From Clostridia bacterium (lineage in GTDB: Bacteria > Bacillota > Clostridia > CAKSNL01 > HGM11501), in assembly GCA_045545475.1 (NCBI GenBank), contig JAZQAZ010000019.1:1-64000 (forward strand): a stretch of 64,000 nucleotides of DNA, written 5' to 3'. The notes under the pieces were generated by a model. It did not search any database, was not told the origin of the DNA, and saw nothing but the letters and a program-made list of their open reading frames with translations. The translations under genes and the position numbers were made by a program. Positions 20,823 to 31,383 of this stretch are shown here, piece by piece; position 1 is the stretch's first letter, and the number at the start of each line of letters is the position of its first letter.

Positions 20823-21686
20823 ATGAAAACATCAACAGAAATCAATTCAGCATCAAGAATAGTGGGCGAGGAAAAGGCGATAGAATTAATCGCAAAAGCA
20901 GGCTTTGATGCCTGGGACTTTTCAATGTTCAGTATGGGAGTTTATGATTGGGGAAAGAAAACCTTTAATTTTGAAACAGGCCATCCGCTGTCGGGAAATG
21001 ATTATCTTGCGTTTGCCCGCAAGCTTAAAAAGATAGGCGAGGACAACGGTATTCACTGCAATCAGTCCCACGCACCGTTTCCGTCGGGAAGCGAGGAAGT
21101 TTTTCCTTATCTTTTGCGTGCCATAGAATGTACTGCAGAAGCCGGCGGTGAAATATGCGTAATTCACCCTGAGAGCTTTTCGACTCCCGAGGAAAACAGA
21201 GAAATGTATGCGAAATTACTTGAATTTTCAAAGCCTATGGGTGTAAAGATTGCAACCGAGAACATGTGGGGCTGGAACAGCGAAAAAAACAGAGCAGATT
21301 TTGCGGCTTGTGCAACCCCCGAAAGCTTTGTTGCCCACGTTGATGCTTTGAATGACGATTATATGGTAGCATGCCTTGATATCGGACACGCCGAAATGAT
21401 GGATGATACCAATGCCGTAGAGCTTATCAAGGCACTTTCGCACAGACTTAAGTCACTTCATATTCACGATAATGATAAGTGGCACGATTCACATCAGATT
21501 CCCTTTACTATGCAGATTGATTTCCCACCCATTATAAAGGCTCTTAAAGAAATAAATTATGATGGATATTTCACACTTGAATGTGACTCGTATTTGAAGG
21601 CGTTTAATACAGAAAATGTTGAAGAAGGTGTTAAAAACTTAAGCGATTCTGTAAAAAAGCTTGCAGTTATGTTTGAGGAAATGTAA
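20823..21686 (+). CDS. Sugar phosphate isomerase/epimerase (xylose isomerase-like TIM barrel)
   Basis: IATENM, CLDIGH, LHIHDN and TLE metal ligands. Start at 20823 behind GAGGGGG. Confidence 0.9.
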   Translation: MKTSTEINSASRIVGEEKAIELIAKAGFDAWDFSMFSMGVYDWGKKTFNFETGHPLSGNDYLAFARKLKKIGEDNGIHCNQSHAPFPSGSEEVFPYLLRAIECTAEAGGEICVIHPESFSTPEENREMYAKLLEFSKPMGVKIATENMWGWNSEKNRADFAACATPESFVAHVDALNDDYMVACLDIGHAEMMDDTNAVELIKALSHRLKSLHIHDNDKWHDSHQIPFTMQIDFPPIIKALKEINYDGYFTLECDSYLKAFNTENVEEGVKNLSDSVKKLAVMFEEM

Positions 21687-21780
21687 ATTTGTTGCAGAAT
21701 TTCGCAACCTACATACCTTGTCTTATTTTATGAAAAATGATAAAATATTTATACCGACATAAATAAAGGAGGATAAAAAT

Positions 21781-24519
21781 ATGAAAAAAGTTGTATCGCT
21801 GCTTCTGACATTAATTATGATTATGTCTTTGGCAGCAACAGCATTTGCTGAAGGCGATATTGTGCTTGAAGCAAAAAATGCAACGCTTAATTCCGGTGCT
21901 ACTGTGGACACAAGCGGTGCATATAACATTGTAAGAGGAGATTATTTCGGCTTTAAAGGTGTTGACCTTACCGGGATAAATTCCATAGGATTTCAGGTCA
22001 AGAGTAAAATCACAGGCGGAAACAACGGTGAAACCTATGCAATAAAGATTGACCATCCCGACTCGGGTCAGACAATCGGCTACATAACCGTTGAAAAGGA
22101 GTATGATAATGCGGTTATTATGACCGGAGTTGACTCGGCATCCGGCACACACGACCTTTATTTCAAGGGTACCTACGGATTTCAGATTGCAAACGAAATT
22201 ATCGTAGAAAAGGTAATTCTTTCAAAAGATGTGTATACCTACGATAATACTGCCGCTCAGGTTTCAGATGACTACATAAAGGATTTTTATCAGGATACCT
22301 GGGTTGCGGTTGACGATTTGGGCCGTAAGGTTGCAGACTTTGAAGAAGTAGGTCCTGTGAAGGAAGGCAAGAGAGAGTTTGGTCTTATCTACTGGAACTG
22401 GTTCGGAAGAAGAAATTCTCCTGCTATTGTTATCGAAGAGATAATCAAAAACAATCCCGATGCAAAGGACGATTACAACCATCCTGCGTGGATTGTAGGT
22501 GCTAACTGTTATTGGGGCGAGCCTCTTTTAGGTTTTTATGATTCCTATGATTACTGGGTTTACAGAAAGCACGGCGAAATGTTTGCGACTGCAGGAGTCG
22601 ATGCCATTTTCTTTGATTATTCAAACCAAGGATTAAACTTTCCCGGTGCTGTCGATGCAATAGTAGAGGCGTTCCGTGATGCTAAAAAGGCAGGCGTTGA
22701 CGTTCCCGGAATTACCGGTATGTTCTCTCTGGGTGATAATCCTGAATTAAACACCCGTGCACTTCAGGAAATTTATCTTCACTGCTTTGTGAAAGAGGAT
22801 TATTCCGATGTTTGGTTCCATATGGACGGAAAGCCCATGCTCTATTCCGGCAAAAAAATGTCACCCAACAAAAAAGATCCGTATGAAGTTGCACTTACAG
22901 AAGAAATTACTGAATTTTTCACTTTCCGCACAAATGGTTACAGAAACCGTTACGATGAGCCTGATTACTGGATGTGGCTTGAAAACTATCCACAGGTTAA
23001 GAGAATGGTAAATAAAGAAACCGGAAGAGTCGGATTTATGGTTGTTGGTACCGGTATAAATCAGTCTACCGTTAATGCGGGTACGACAGGCGTATTCTCC
23101 GATCCTTATGCAAAAGGAAGAGGCTATTCAGAAGCCTTTGGTGAAGATTATACTGCTGATGGTATGAGGAAGGCATATTTCTTCCGCGAACAGGGAGGAT
23201 TGGCTCTTTCCACCGATCCCGAGTTTGTTTTAGTTGATGGTTGGAACGAATGGAATACCGCGAGATATGCAAACTATCAGAATCACAGAGGAAATGTTTT
23301 CGTTGACCTTTACGATCCTGAAAACAGCCGTGACTTCGAGCCCAACAACGGCCCCTTAAAAGACGACTATTATCTCCTTATGACAGACTTTATAAGAAAG
23401 TATAAGGGCGTTCGTCCCGCTCCCGTTGCAAGCGGCGCAAAGACAATTGATATAGCAGGGGATATGGCTCAGTGGAATGGCGTTGGTCCCGAATTCTTAA
23501 ACTTCGACCAGAGCTATGAGCGTGATTCTTACGGTGCAATTGACCCTTCGACAAACGCAAAGATTCACTATACAACAACTGTTTCAAATGCAATTCTTTC
23601 GTCCAAGGTATCTTTTGATACAGAAAACATCTACTTCCTTGCAACAACAAAGGAAGCAATTGATGAAAATTCCAAGGGCTTTATGAACCTTTACATTAAT
23701 ATCGACCGCAACCGTGCAACAGGCTGGGAAGGCTATGACTTTGCCGTAAACGTTGAAGGTAAGGGTATAATTTCCAAAGCAAACGGAAACACCTGGGCGT
23801 GGACTAATGCAGGAAATGTTGCAACAAAGGTAAACGGAAACAATTATATGGTTGTAATTCCGAGAAGCGTACTTTCCGAAACAGCAACTGTTGACTTTGA
23901 ATTCAAGTGGACAGATTCTGTAGAATGTAATGGAGATATATTAAGATTCTATGTTGACGGCTCAACTGCTCCTTACGGAAGATTTAACTATCTCTACACC
24001 GAAATAGAGCAGACATCACTTTCCGCAAGCGAAAGAGCGGCACTTTCAGGTACTTCTATTCTTAAAGCCGGTGCAGAAAATATGATAGTTTCCGGTGCAA
24101 AGATGGATATTTATGAAAAGGATACAACGGTGCGTGCATTTGAAATGAACGGCACACTTTATGTTCCTTCTGATGTATTTGAAGAGATTATGGGCTTTGG
24201 TAAGGCAAAGGTTGAATACGATCCCAACTACAACGTATTCTTCACACATCACATCACTTTAACTGAGGATGAACAGGCGATAAAAGAACATAACTGGACA
24301 GTATCTGCTCTTAATTCTCTTGAAGTAAGAGTCGACGGCTCCGTTAAGACTATGTCAGCTCCCGTAATCGCAAAGGATAATATGGTATGGGCTCCTCTTT
24401 CATTAATAGCTGATTGCTACGGATGGAATGTAACAAACTTAGGCAACGGTGTATATACAGTAGGAGAAAATGCCCCTGATATGAATACTGTAAACGCTGT
24501 ACTTTCACATCTTAATTAA
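21781..24519 (+). CDS. Secreted GH99/GH71-like enzyme, module 3
   Basis: Signal peptide; GLIYWNW, DGWNEW and SRDFEP motifs; stalk C-terminus. Confidence 0.75.
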   Translation: MKKVVSLLLTLIMIMSLAATAFAEGDIVLEAKNATLNSGATVDTSGAYNIVRGDYFGFKGVDLTGINSIGFQVKSKITGGNNGETYAIKIDHPDSGQTIGYITVEKEYDNAVIMTGVDSASGTHDLYFKGTYGFQIANEIIVEKVILSKDVYTYDNTAAQVSDDYIKDFYQDTWVAVDDLGRKVADFEEVGPVKEGKREFGLIYWNWFGRRNSPAIVIEEIIKNNPDAKDDYNHPAWIVGANCYWGEPLLGFYDSYDYWVYRKHGEMFATAGVDAIFFDYSNQGLNFPGAVDAIVEAFRDAKKAGVDVPGITGMFSLGDNPELNTRALQEIYLHCFVKEDYSDVWFHMDGKPMLYSGKKMSPNKKDPYEVALTEEITEFFTFRTNGYRNRYDEPDYWMWLENYPQVKRMVNKETGRVGFMVVGTGINQSTVNAGTTGVFSDPYAKGRGYSEAFGEDYTADGMRKAYFFREQGGLALSTDPEFVLVDGWNEWNTARYANYQNHRGNVFVDLYDPENSRDFEPNNGPLKDDYYLLMTDFIRKYKGVRPAPVASGAKTIDIAGDMAQWNGVGPEFLNFDQSYERDSYGAIDPSTNAKIHYTTTVSNAILSSKVSFDTENIYFLATTKEAIDENSKGFMNLYINIDRNRATGWEGYDFAVNVEGKGIISKANGNTWAWTNAGNVATKVNGNNYMVVIPRSVLSETATVDFEFKWTDSVECNGDILRFYVDGSTAPYGRFNYLYTEIEQTSLSASERAALSGTSILKAGAENMIVSGAKMDIYEKDTTVRAFEMNGTLYVPSDVFEEIMGFGKAKVEYDPNYNVFFTHHITLTEDEQAIKEHNWTVSALNSLEVRVDGSVKTMSAPVIAKDNMVWAPLSLIADCYGWNVTNLGNGVYTVGENAPDMNTVNAVLSHLN

Positions 24520-24530
24520 AGGAGGCGGTA

Positions 24531-27104
24531 ATGATGAAAAAAATAATAGCAATACTTTCAGCAATTTCAATTATTTTCACACTTTTAACTGTGACATCCT
24601 TTGCCGCAGGCAGTGAAATTCCTTATAATTCATCCTGGGTTGTTACCGAAAGCTCGCATTTTGGCAACAACAATGCAACACTTTGCTTTGACGATAAACC
24701 GACATCCTACTGGCACTCATTATATACAGTTGTAGACGGTAAGGTTGCATCCAAGGTTGAATGTCCTCACACAATAACCGTTGATTTCGGTGAAACATTA
24801 GAGGTTTCCGGTTGGAGATATACCCCAAGAACAGACAACAATAACGGTACTTTTAAGACATATAACATTTATGCATCCGAAGACGGTACTACATTCAAGA
24901 AGATTTTCGAGGGTGCATTTGAATACGCAGGCTCTGCAAAGGATTTTACACCTTCCGAGGCTTCCTGGGGCAATGTTTCAATGAGAGCGATAAAAATCGA
25001 AGTAGTTTCATCCATATCAAATTATGGAACCTGTGCTGAAATTGATTTCTTCACAGGTACAAGCGGAACAAAAATCGAAAACGGTGAAATCTATAAGGGA
25101 GAAGAAACTCCCAAGGCTGATGAAAAGAAGGAAGAAGTAACATCCGCTGAAATCGGAACACTCATTCCCACAAATTCGTCCTGGACCATTACCGAAAGCA
25201 CACATTTCGGTAACAACAAGGCAACACTTTGCTTTGATGGTAACGCAAAATCTTACTGGCACACTTTATATACAGTTGAAGACGGTAAGGTTGCATCCAA
25301 GGTTGAATGCCCCCATACAATAACTGTTGATTTCGGTGAAACACTTAAAGTTTCAGGTTGGAGATATACCCCCAGAACCGATAATGCATCAGGTACAATT
25401 ACAAAGTACAACATCTATGCATCTGAAGACGGCAGCACATTTACCAAAATTTACGAAGGTGCATTCGAATACAAACCCGGCCCTGCAGCGGATTATAAGC
25501 CCTCTGTAGCTTCCTGGGGCGATGTTTCCATGAGAGCAATAAAAATCGAAGCTACCGCAACAATTTCCGGCTACGGCACCTGTGCTGAGATTGATTTCTT
25601 AACCGGCGGCAGCGGAGATGCAATAAAAGGCGGAGACTCCTATAAAGAGCAGTCAGGCTCTACAACAAAGGTTGAAACCACTCCTGCTGAAAAGAAGGAA
25701 GAGACAAATACGGATGACGTAAAGAAAGCATCAAACGGAACACCCATGCTTGACAGAACAGGTTGGAGTGCAACTGTTAACTCTGAAATGGGTTCCTGTG
25801 TAAATAAAATATTTGACGGCAAAATTGAAACCTACTGGCATTCTCACTACACCTTTGAGGGAACCAAGGTAACAGGACACGACAATCCTCCTTACTACCT
25901 TGAGGTTACACTTCCCGAAGCGAAGTATGTTTCCGGTATAACTCTTTGCCCCAGAACAGACAACTCAAACGGACGTATTCTTACAACCGATATTCTTGTT
26001 TCTGATTCTGACGACGGTGAATTTTACTGCATTTATGAAGATTATGAATTCGACAATACATCAACAGAGAAGGAAATACTCTTTGCTTCAAACATCCTTG
26101 TTAAGAAGGTTAAGCTTGAAATAACTGTTACCGCCGGAGGATACGGAACACTTGCAGAGTTTTATCTTGCAGGAGAAAACGAAGCTTTCAATAAGGTTTC
26201 CTTTGAAGACTTCGCCAAGAATGAAGCTGAAAACAGGCTTTATAAATTAAATGCTGCAGATATGCGCGTTGAGTGCGATTATCTCCACTGGGCAAACAAT
26301 CACGTAAACAATATACTTGACGGTAATGCTACAAGCTTCTGGCAGACGGAACATGTTCCTAACGGCACAATTCCTCCCACACTTAAAATTGACTTAGGTT
26401 CTGTTCAGACTTTCTCGAGGTTTGACTATACACCCAGACAGTCAGCTGACTGCCACGGTTATTGGTATGTAATTAATCTCTGGGGAAGTATTGACGGAGA
26501 AAACTGGGATATTATCGAAGAGGGAATTGATTGCGGCGAAAAGACCACAAACACATTTATTTACAACTTCGAAGTTCCCGCTACTGCAAGATACCTTGAA
26601 ATTGAATTCGTTGAATTTAATGCCCAGCGAATTTCCTGTGCAGAGCTTGTGTTCTACCAGACAAAGGCTGACCGTGATGCATCAGGAGCAGGTCTTTCAG
26701 AGAAGTACGAGCTTAAGATTGGATCCAATACAATCAAGGTTACAAAGGGCGAAGAAAGCTATGAAAAGACTATTGACGTTGCTCCTTACATCGTAAACGG
26801 TTCGACTTTAATTCCCCTTCGAGGATTGCTCGAGGAAATGGGTGCGGAGATCGAATGGGAAGCTGCAAAGGAAAAGGTGCATATCACAAAGGGTAACTTA
26901 AAGCTTACTCTTCAGATATGGAACAAGCTTGTGTATGCGGATGATCCGAGATACGGTGAGATAAGATATACACTTCTTAACTATCCTGTGATAAACAATT
27001 CAAGAACATTCATCCCGGTACGTTTCGTATCCGAACAGCTCGGCTATAACGTGGCCTGGGACGGTGCAACACAGACAATTACAATAACATCGGTAACAGA
27101 ATAA
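24531..27104 (+). CDS. Secreted four-F5/8C plus stalk protein, module 3 binder
   Basis: Signal peptide; four discoidin repeats, the first two highly similar; stalk motif. Confidence 0.88.
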   Translation: MMKKIIAILSAISIIFTLLTVTSFAAGSEIPYNSSWVVTESSHFGNNNATLCFDDKPTSYWHSLYTVVDGKVASKVECPHTITVDFGETLEVSGWRYTPRTDNNNGTFKTYNIYASEDGTTFKKIFEGAFEYAGSAKDFTPSEASWGNVSMRAIKIEVVSSISNYGTCAEIDFFTGTSGTKIENGEIYKGEETPKADEKKEEVTSAEIGTLIPTNSSWTITESTHFGNNKATLCFDGNAKSYWHTLYTVEDGKVASKVECPHTITVDFGETLKVSGWRYTPRTDNASGTITKYNIYASEDGSTFTKIYEGAFEYKPGPAADYKPSVASWGDVSMRAIKIEATATISGYGTCAEIDFLTGGSGDAIKGGDSYKEQSGSTTKVETTPAEKKEETNTDDVKKASNGTPMLDRTGWSATVNSEMGSCVNKIFDGKIETYWHSHYTFEGTKVTGHDNPPYYLEVTLPEAKYVSGITLCPRTDNSNGRILTTDILVSDSDDGEFYCIYEDYEFDNTSTEKEILFASNILVKKVKLEITVTAGGYGTLAEFYLAGENEAFNKVSFEDFAKNEAENRLYKLNAADMRVECDYLHWANNHVNNILDGNATSFWQTEHVPNGTIPPTLKIDLGSVQTFSRFDYTPRQSADCHGYWYVINLWGSIDGENWDIIEEGIDCGEKTTNTFIYNFEVPATARYLEIEFVEFNAQRISCAELVFYQTKADRDASGAGLSEKYELKIGSNTIKVTKGEESYEKTIDVAPYIVNGSTLIPLRGLLEEMGAEIEWEAAKEKVHITKGNLKLTLQIWNKLVYADDPRYGEIRYTLLNYPVINNSRTFIPVRFVSEQLGYNVAWDGATQTITITSVTE

Positions 27105-27116
27105 TCAAATACAACC

Positions 27117-27150
27117 AAAGCCTCAGGGAGAAATCCCTGAGGCTTTTTTA
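27117..27150 (+). terminator. Intrinsic terminator
   Basis: AAAGCCTCAGGGA-GAAA-TCCCTGAGGCTTT followed by further T residues. Confidence 0.88.
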
Positions 27151-27167
27151 TTGCATTTCAAGTGAAA

Positions 27168-27236
27168 AATAGCAACTTTGTCCAAGTGTAATAGCAACAA
27201 TTTCATATTGAAATCGATATTTTTGTATGCTATAAT
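27168..27236 (+). promoter_or_regulatory. Promoter with direct-repeat operator
   Basis: AATAGCAAC at 27168 and 27190 (22 bp period) upstream of TTGAAA-17 bp-TATAAT (TG-extended). Confidence 0.65.
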
Positions 27237-27263
27237 ATGGATAAATAGCAAAGGAGGGAGCTT

Positions 27264-28532
27264 ATGCTAAAAAAAGAAAGAATAAGAATAGGTGCATACA
27301 GCCCTGTTTTAACCTTTGACGAGGAGCATGTGAAAATGCTTTCTGAAGCCGGAGTTGACTTTGCCATATATTTAATGGATCACGTTGATGTTATTCCCGA
27401 TGAATACAAGGAAAAAATACTTCGCTGGATGGAAAAGTACAACATTGAGGCGGCGTTAAGAGATGCATCTATTGACAAGGTTATAAACAATGCCAACGTG
27501 GCAGACCTTAACAATATTGATAAAATGTTCTTTAAGGATTCGCCTTCCTTTGCGGCATATTGTTTTATGGATGAGCCGGGAATGGTTCATTTTGACATAC
27601 TGGGTGAGGAAGCTAAAAAATTCAAGGAAGCTTTTCCGGGCAAAGAAGTTTACTTAAATCTCCTCCCGATGTATGCAAACAATACTCAGCTTAAAAACGG
27701 CGCCTGGGGAACCGGCGACGATACTTTTCCCGAAGGGTGTGACCCTTATGAGGTATATCTTGACGAGTTCGTGAAAAAAGTAGATGTTAACCACATCGGG
27801 GTTGATATTTATCCTTGCATGAAAAGACCGTGTAAGAATAACCCCGAAAGCTTTCCTGAAAAATATACACCTTATACATATAACAGATATTTAAGAAGTA
27901 TCGAGGCTGTGGCGGACAAGTGCAGAGAATCGGGAAGGGAGCTATGGACTTGCGTTCAGACCTGCTCGGATTTAAGAAATTTCCGTGCAATAAATCCATC
28001 GGAGCTAAGGTGGCAGACATACACAATGCTTTCCTTCGGTGCAACGGCAATTATCTATTTCATTTTCTCGTCAAGAAACGGATGTAAGGGCTGTATACTT
28101 GATGAGGACGGAAATCCTACGGAGCTTTTCTATGCCTCTTCAAAGATGTGCAAAGGACTTAAAAAGCTTTCTGATTTATATATGAGCTTCAAAAACGTCG
28201 GTGCATTTGTGCTTGGTTATGACGAAGCAAAAACGCCATATCTTTATCTTAAAAATCCTTATGCTATAAATGATTTCGGCGTGATTTCCGATATTGAAAC
28301 AAACACACCGCTCCTTATCGGCTGTTTCGAAAAAAAGGACGGTAAGGGCAAAGCCTTTACACTTGTAAACCAGCAGGACTGGGCAGAGCCGCTTGACTCG
28401 GTTATAAAAATGAAAATTTCAGGCAAGGTAACAAAATATTACGACGGTGAGCCGGAAGTTATGAAGTCGGAAAACGGTGTCTACGAATTTCACCTCGCTC
28501 AGGGTGACGGAATATTTGTGACTGTTGAATAA
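27264..28532 (+). CDS. Hypothetical cytoplasmic TIM-barrel glycoside-hydrolase-like protein
   Basis: MDEP, NLLPMYA, VDIYP and WTCVQ motifs spaced like a clan GH-A-type barrel, plus a C-terminal beta domain. Family not assignable by eye. Confidence 0.55.
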   Translation: MLKKERIRIGAYSPVLTFDEEHVKMLSEAGVDFAIYLMDHVDVIPDEYKEKILRWMEKYNIEAALRDASIDKVINNANVADLNNIDKMFFKDSPSFAAYCFMDEPGMVHFDILGEEAKKFKEAFPGKEVYLNLLPMYANNTQLKNGAWGTGDDTFPEGCDPYEVYLDEFVKKVDVNHIGVDIYPCMKRPCKNNPESFPEKYTPYTYNRYLRSIEAVADKCRESGRELWTCVQTCSDLRNFRAINPSELRWQTYTMLSFGATAIIYFIFSSRNGCKGCILDEDGNPTELFYASSKMCKGLKKLSDLYMSFKNVGAFVLGYDEAKTPYLYLKNPYAINDFGVISDIETNTPLLIGCFEKKDGKGKAFTLVNQQDWAEPLDSVIKMKISGKVTKYYDGEPEVMKSENGVYEFHLAQGDGIFVTVE

Positions 28533-28535
28533 TCT

Positions 28536-28600
28536 TGTCCGAAAAGAACAAATAAATGTCCGAAAGGCACATTTACAAGAAGTGTGTTTTACGACATAAT
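28536..28600 (+). promoter_or_regulatory. Module 4 promoter with 21-bp-period direct-repeat operator
   Basis: TGTCCGAAAAGAACA (28536) and TGTCCGAAAGGCACA (28557) abut TTTACA-17 bp-CATAAT. Confidence 0.7.
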
Positions 28601-28628
28601 ATAAGGAACTAAAAAAGGAGGAATAAAA

Positions 28629-31370
28629 ATGGTGAAAAGACTTATTTCTGCATTGCTTGCACTTCTTATGCTTTCATCAATGGCATTTGTAATTAATGCG
28701 GAAGAAACAAAAACCTTTACCAAGGCTGACATAACGGAAAATGTTGCCGACTTAAAGGTGGATGGGGATTATTTTACCCTCAAGACAAAAATGTCCTATT
28801 TCGGTATTAAAAACGTGGATCTGACAGGTGTTAAATCCATCGGTTTAACCGGAATGTGCACAATCAACGGTGGCGAAAATGCGGAAATTTTCCGTATTAA
28901 AATTGACGATCCTTACGGAAAAGCCATCGGATTTGTTGCATTTAATGAAAATTCCGGCTCTTCCGACGTTACCATTTACGGAAACATTTCCGAAGTAACA
29001 GGTGTCCATACACTTTATTTTGCAACAACCACAACAAAGAATACCGATAACTGGAAATTAAAATCCATTAGCTTAAGCAATACTCTGTTAGAAACAGAAA
29101 AAGCTGTGCCTGATTCTGCGATTGTTGATACCTTTGCGGATACTTGGGTTGCAACAGATAGCTATGGAAGAAAAGTGGCAGACTTTGAAGAAGTTGGTAC
29201 CGTTAAAGAGGGAACTCGTAAGGTTTTGATGTTCTATCATAACTGGCATACAGGAACAAGCAGTAACTACAATCAGGTTGTTCCGGACATTCTGAAAAAA
29301 GCACCTGAAGCACGCTATGACTTCACACACGAGGCGTGGGGGAATCATATGAGCAAGTACTACTGGGGCGAGCCCGTTTTCGGTTTCTATACAAGCACAG
29401 ATTATTGGGTATACCGTAAGCAGGCAGAGCTTTTTGCAACTGCAGGGGTTGACGCATTGGTGCTTGACTACACAAATGCGGGACTTTGCTTTGTTCAGCC
29501 TATGAAGGTTATGTTTGACGCTTTGGCGGAGGCAAAAGCTGATGGTGTTAATGTTCCCAAGGTTACATCCTATAACGGTATGGCGCAGACAAATGAAAAC
29601 AGCTATGATGAAATGATGACACTTTATTACAACATTTATATGAATGAAAAATACCGTGATTTGTGGTTCTATTGGGAAGGTAAGCCCTTTGTTGCGGGAT
29701 ATGCTCCTACTAAAACTAAGATAACAACAAAAGATGCCGACATAGTGGAAACAAAAAATCTTATTGAAGAGCTTTTTACATACAGATATCATGGTGATCG
29801 TAAAGAGTCCGAAGGCTATATGGACGACATTTCTTGGCTTGACGGTTATCCTCAGCCTCTCCGAGGAATTGAAAGAGCAGACGGAAGAGTTGAATCAGTT
29901 TCCGTTGGTGTAGCGTTAAACGAGTCCACGGTTGACAAGGGAGCAAAGACAGGCGTTTTTTCCGATCCATATTCTCAGGGACGAGGATTTTCCAAGGCAT
30001 TCGGTGAAGATTATTCCGTTGATAACGGAAGAAAGGCATACTTCTTCCGTGAGCAGGCAGCCTTGGCTCTCAGTGTTGACCCCGCAATGGTTATGATTGA
30101 CGGCTGGAACGAATGGACAACTCCGAAGTATTCTGAATACAAGGGACACAAGGTTGCCTTTGTCGACCTTTTTGACGAAGAAAACAGCCGTGACTTTGAA
30201 CCCACAAGAAATTACATAAAGGACGACTATTACAACCTTCTTTGCGACTTTGTGAGAAAATATAAGGGAGTTCGTCCTGCTCCCATAGCAAGCGAAAAGG
30301 TAACGATTGATATTAACGGTGATGCATCGGCATGGGATGTAGTTGCTCCCGAATTTATCAACTATACAGGTCAATATGAGCGTGATGCATATGGCTTTAA
30401 GGATACTGCGACGGACAAAAATATTCACTATACCACAAAAGTAAATAATGCGGTATTAAGAGCAAAGGTTGCCAGAGATGATAATAATCTCTATTTCTAT
30501 GCAAAAACAGTAATGTCTATAAAAACCGATAACGACGGTTGGATGAATCTTTATATAAATGCAGACAGAAATTATGCAACCGGTTGGGAAGGATATGACT
30601 ATGCGGTAAACAAGCTTGGTGCAGGTACTGTCGCAAAATATGAAAACGGTGCATGGAGCATAATCGGTAATGCGGAATATAATATTTCCGGTAATGTTTT
30701 ACAGATGTCACTTCCCAAAGCGTTAATAGGCGAAACAGGCATATCTGACTTTGAATTCAAGTGGGTAGACTCTGTAACATCCGATGACCTTCTTGATTTC
30801 TATTCAGAAGGAAGCGTTGCACCTACCGGAAGATTTAACTATCTTTATACAGAAATAGAGCAGACTGCCTTATCTGACGCAGAAAGAAAAGCTCTTTCTG
30901 AAACAACAATCGTTAAAGCCGGCTCATCAAAGATGATAATTGACGGCGGAAAGGTAAATGTTCATGAGGCGGATACAAGAATTACACCCTTCGAAATGAA
31001 CGGAACAATTTATATTCCTTATATGACATATGAGGATATTTTAGGCTACGGACTTGCCAAAGTTGAATATGATGCAGAACAGAATATTTTACACCTTTCA
31101 AGACATGACCTTTCAGAGGACTATAAGGAAATTACAAACAAGGAATGGACATACACTGTCGTAGGTTCTTTGGAAGCACGAAACAACGGCAGAATTAAGA
31201 CGATTTCAGCACCAGTTGTGGTGGCTGACGGACTTATCTATGTTCCGCTTTCCTATGTTTCCGAAGTGTTCGGATGGAATTATCAGAGTCTGGGCAATGG
31301 ATTTTATGCCGTTTCGAGAAATACAATAGATGCTTCGCTTGCAGTAAGCGTAGCGAGTCACATTCAGTAA
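28629..31370 (+). CDS. Secreted GH99/GH71-like enzyme, module 4
   Basis: Signal peptide; MFYHNW, DGWNEW and SRDFEP motifs; stalk. Visibly closest to the module 2 enzyme. Confidence 0.75.
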   Translation: MVKRLISALLALLMLSSMAFVINAEETKTFTKADITENVADLKVDGDYFTLKTKMSYFGIKNVDLTGVKSIGLTGMCTINGGENAEIFRIKIDDPYGKAIGFVAFNENSGSSDVTIYGNISEVTGVHTLYFATTTTKNTDNWKLKSISLSNTLLETEKAVPDSAIVDTFADTWVATDSYGRKVADFEEVGTVKEGTRKVLMFYHNWHTGTSSNYNQVVPDILKKAPEARYDFTHEAWGNHMSKYYWGEPVFGFYTSTDYWVYRKQAELFATAGVDALVLDYTNAGLCFVQPMKVMFDALAEAKADGVNVPKVTSYNGMAQTNENSYDEMMTLYYNIYMNEKYRDLWFYWEGKPFVAGYAPTKTKITTKDADIVETKNLIEELFTYRYHGDRKESEGYMDDISWLDGYPQPLRGIERADGRVESVSVGVALNESTVDKGAKTGVFSDPYSQGRGFSKAFGEDYSVDNGRKAYFFREQAALALSVDPAMVMIDGWNEWTTPKYSEYKGHKVAFVDLFDEENSRDFEPTRNYIKDDYYNLLCDFVRKYKGVRPAPIASEKVTIDINGDASAWDVVAPEFINYTGQYERDAYGFKDTATDKNIHYTTKVNNAVLRAKVARDDNNLYFYAKTVMSIKTDNDGWMNLYINADRNYATGWEGYDYAVNKLGAGTVAKYENGAWSIIGNAEYNISGNVLQMSLPKALIGETGISDFEFKWVDSVTSDDLLDFYSEGSVAPTGRFNYLYTEIEQTALSDAERKALSETTIVKAGSSKMIIDGGKVNVHEADTRITPFEMNGTIYIPYMTYEDILGYGLAKVEYDAEQNILHLSRHDLSEDYKEITNKEWTYTVVGSLEARNNGRIKTISAPVVVADGLIYVPLSYVSEVFGWNYQSLGNGFYAVSRNTIDASLAVSVASHIQ

Positions 31371-31383
31371 GGAGGGGATAGCT

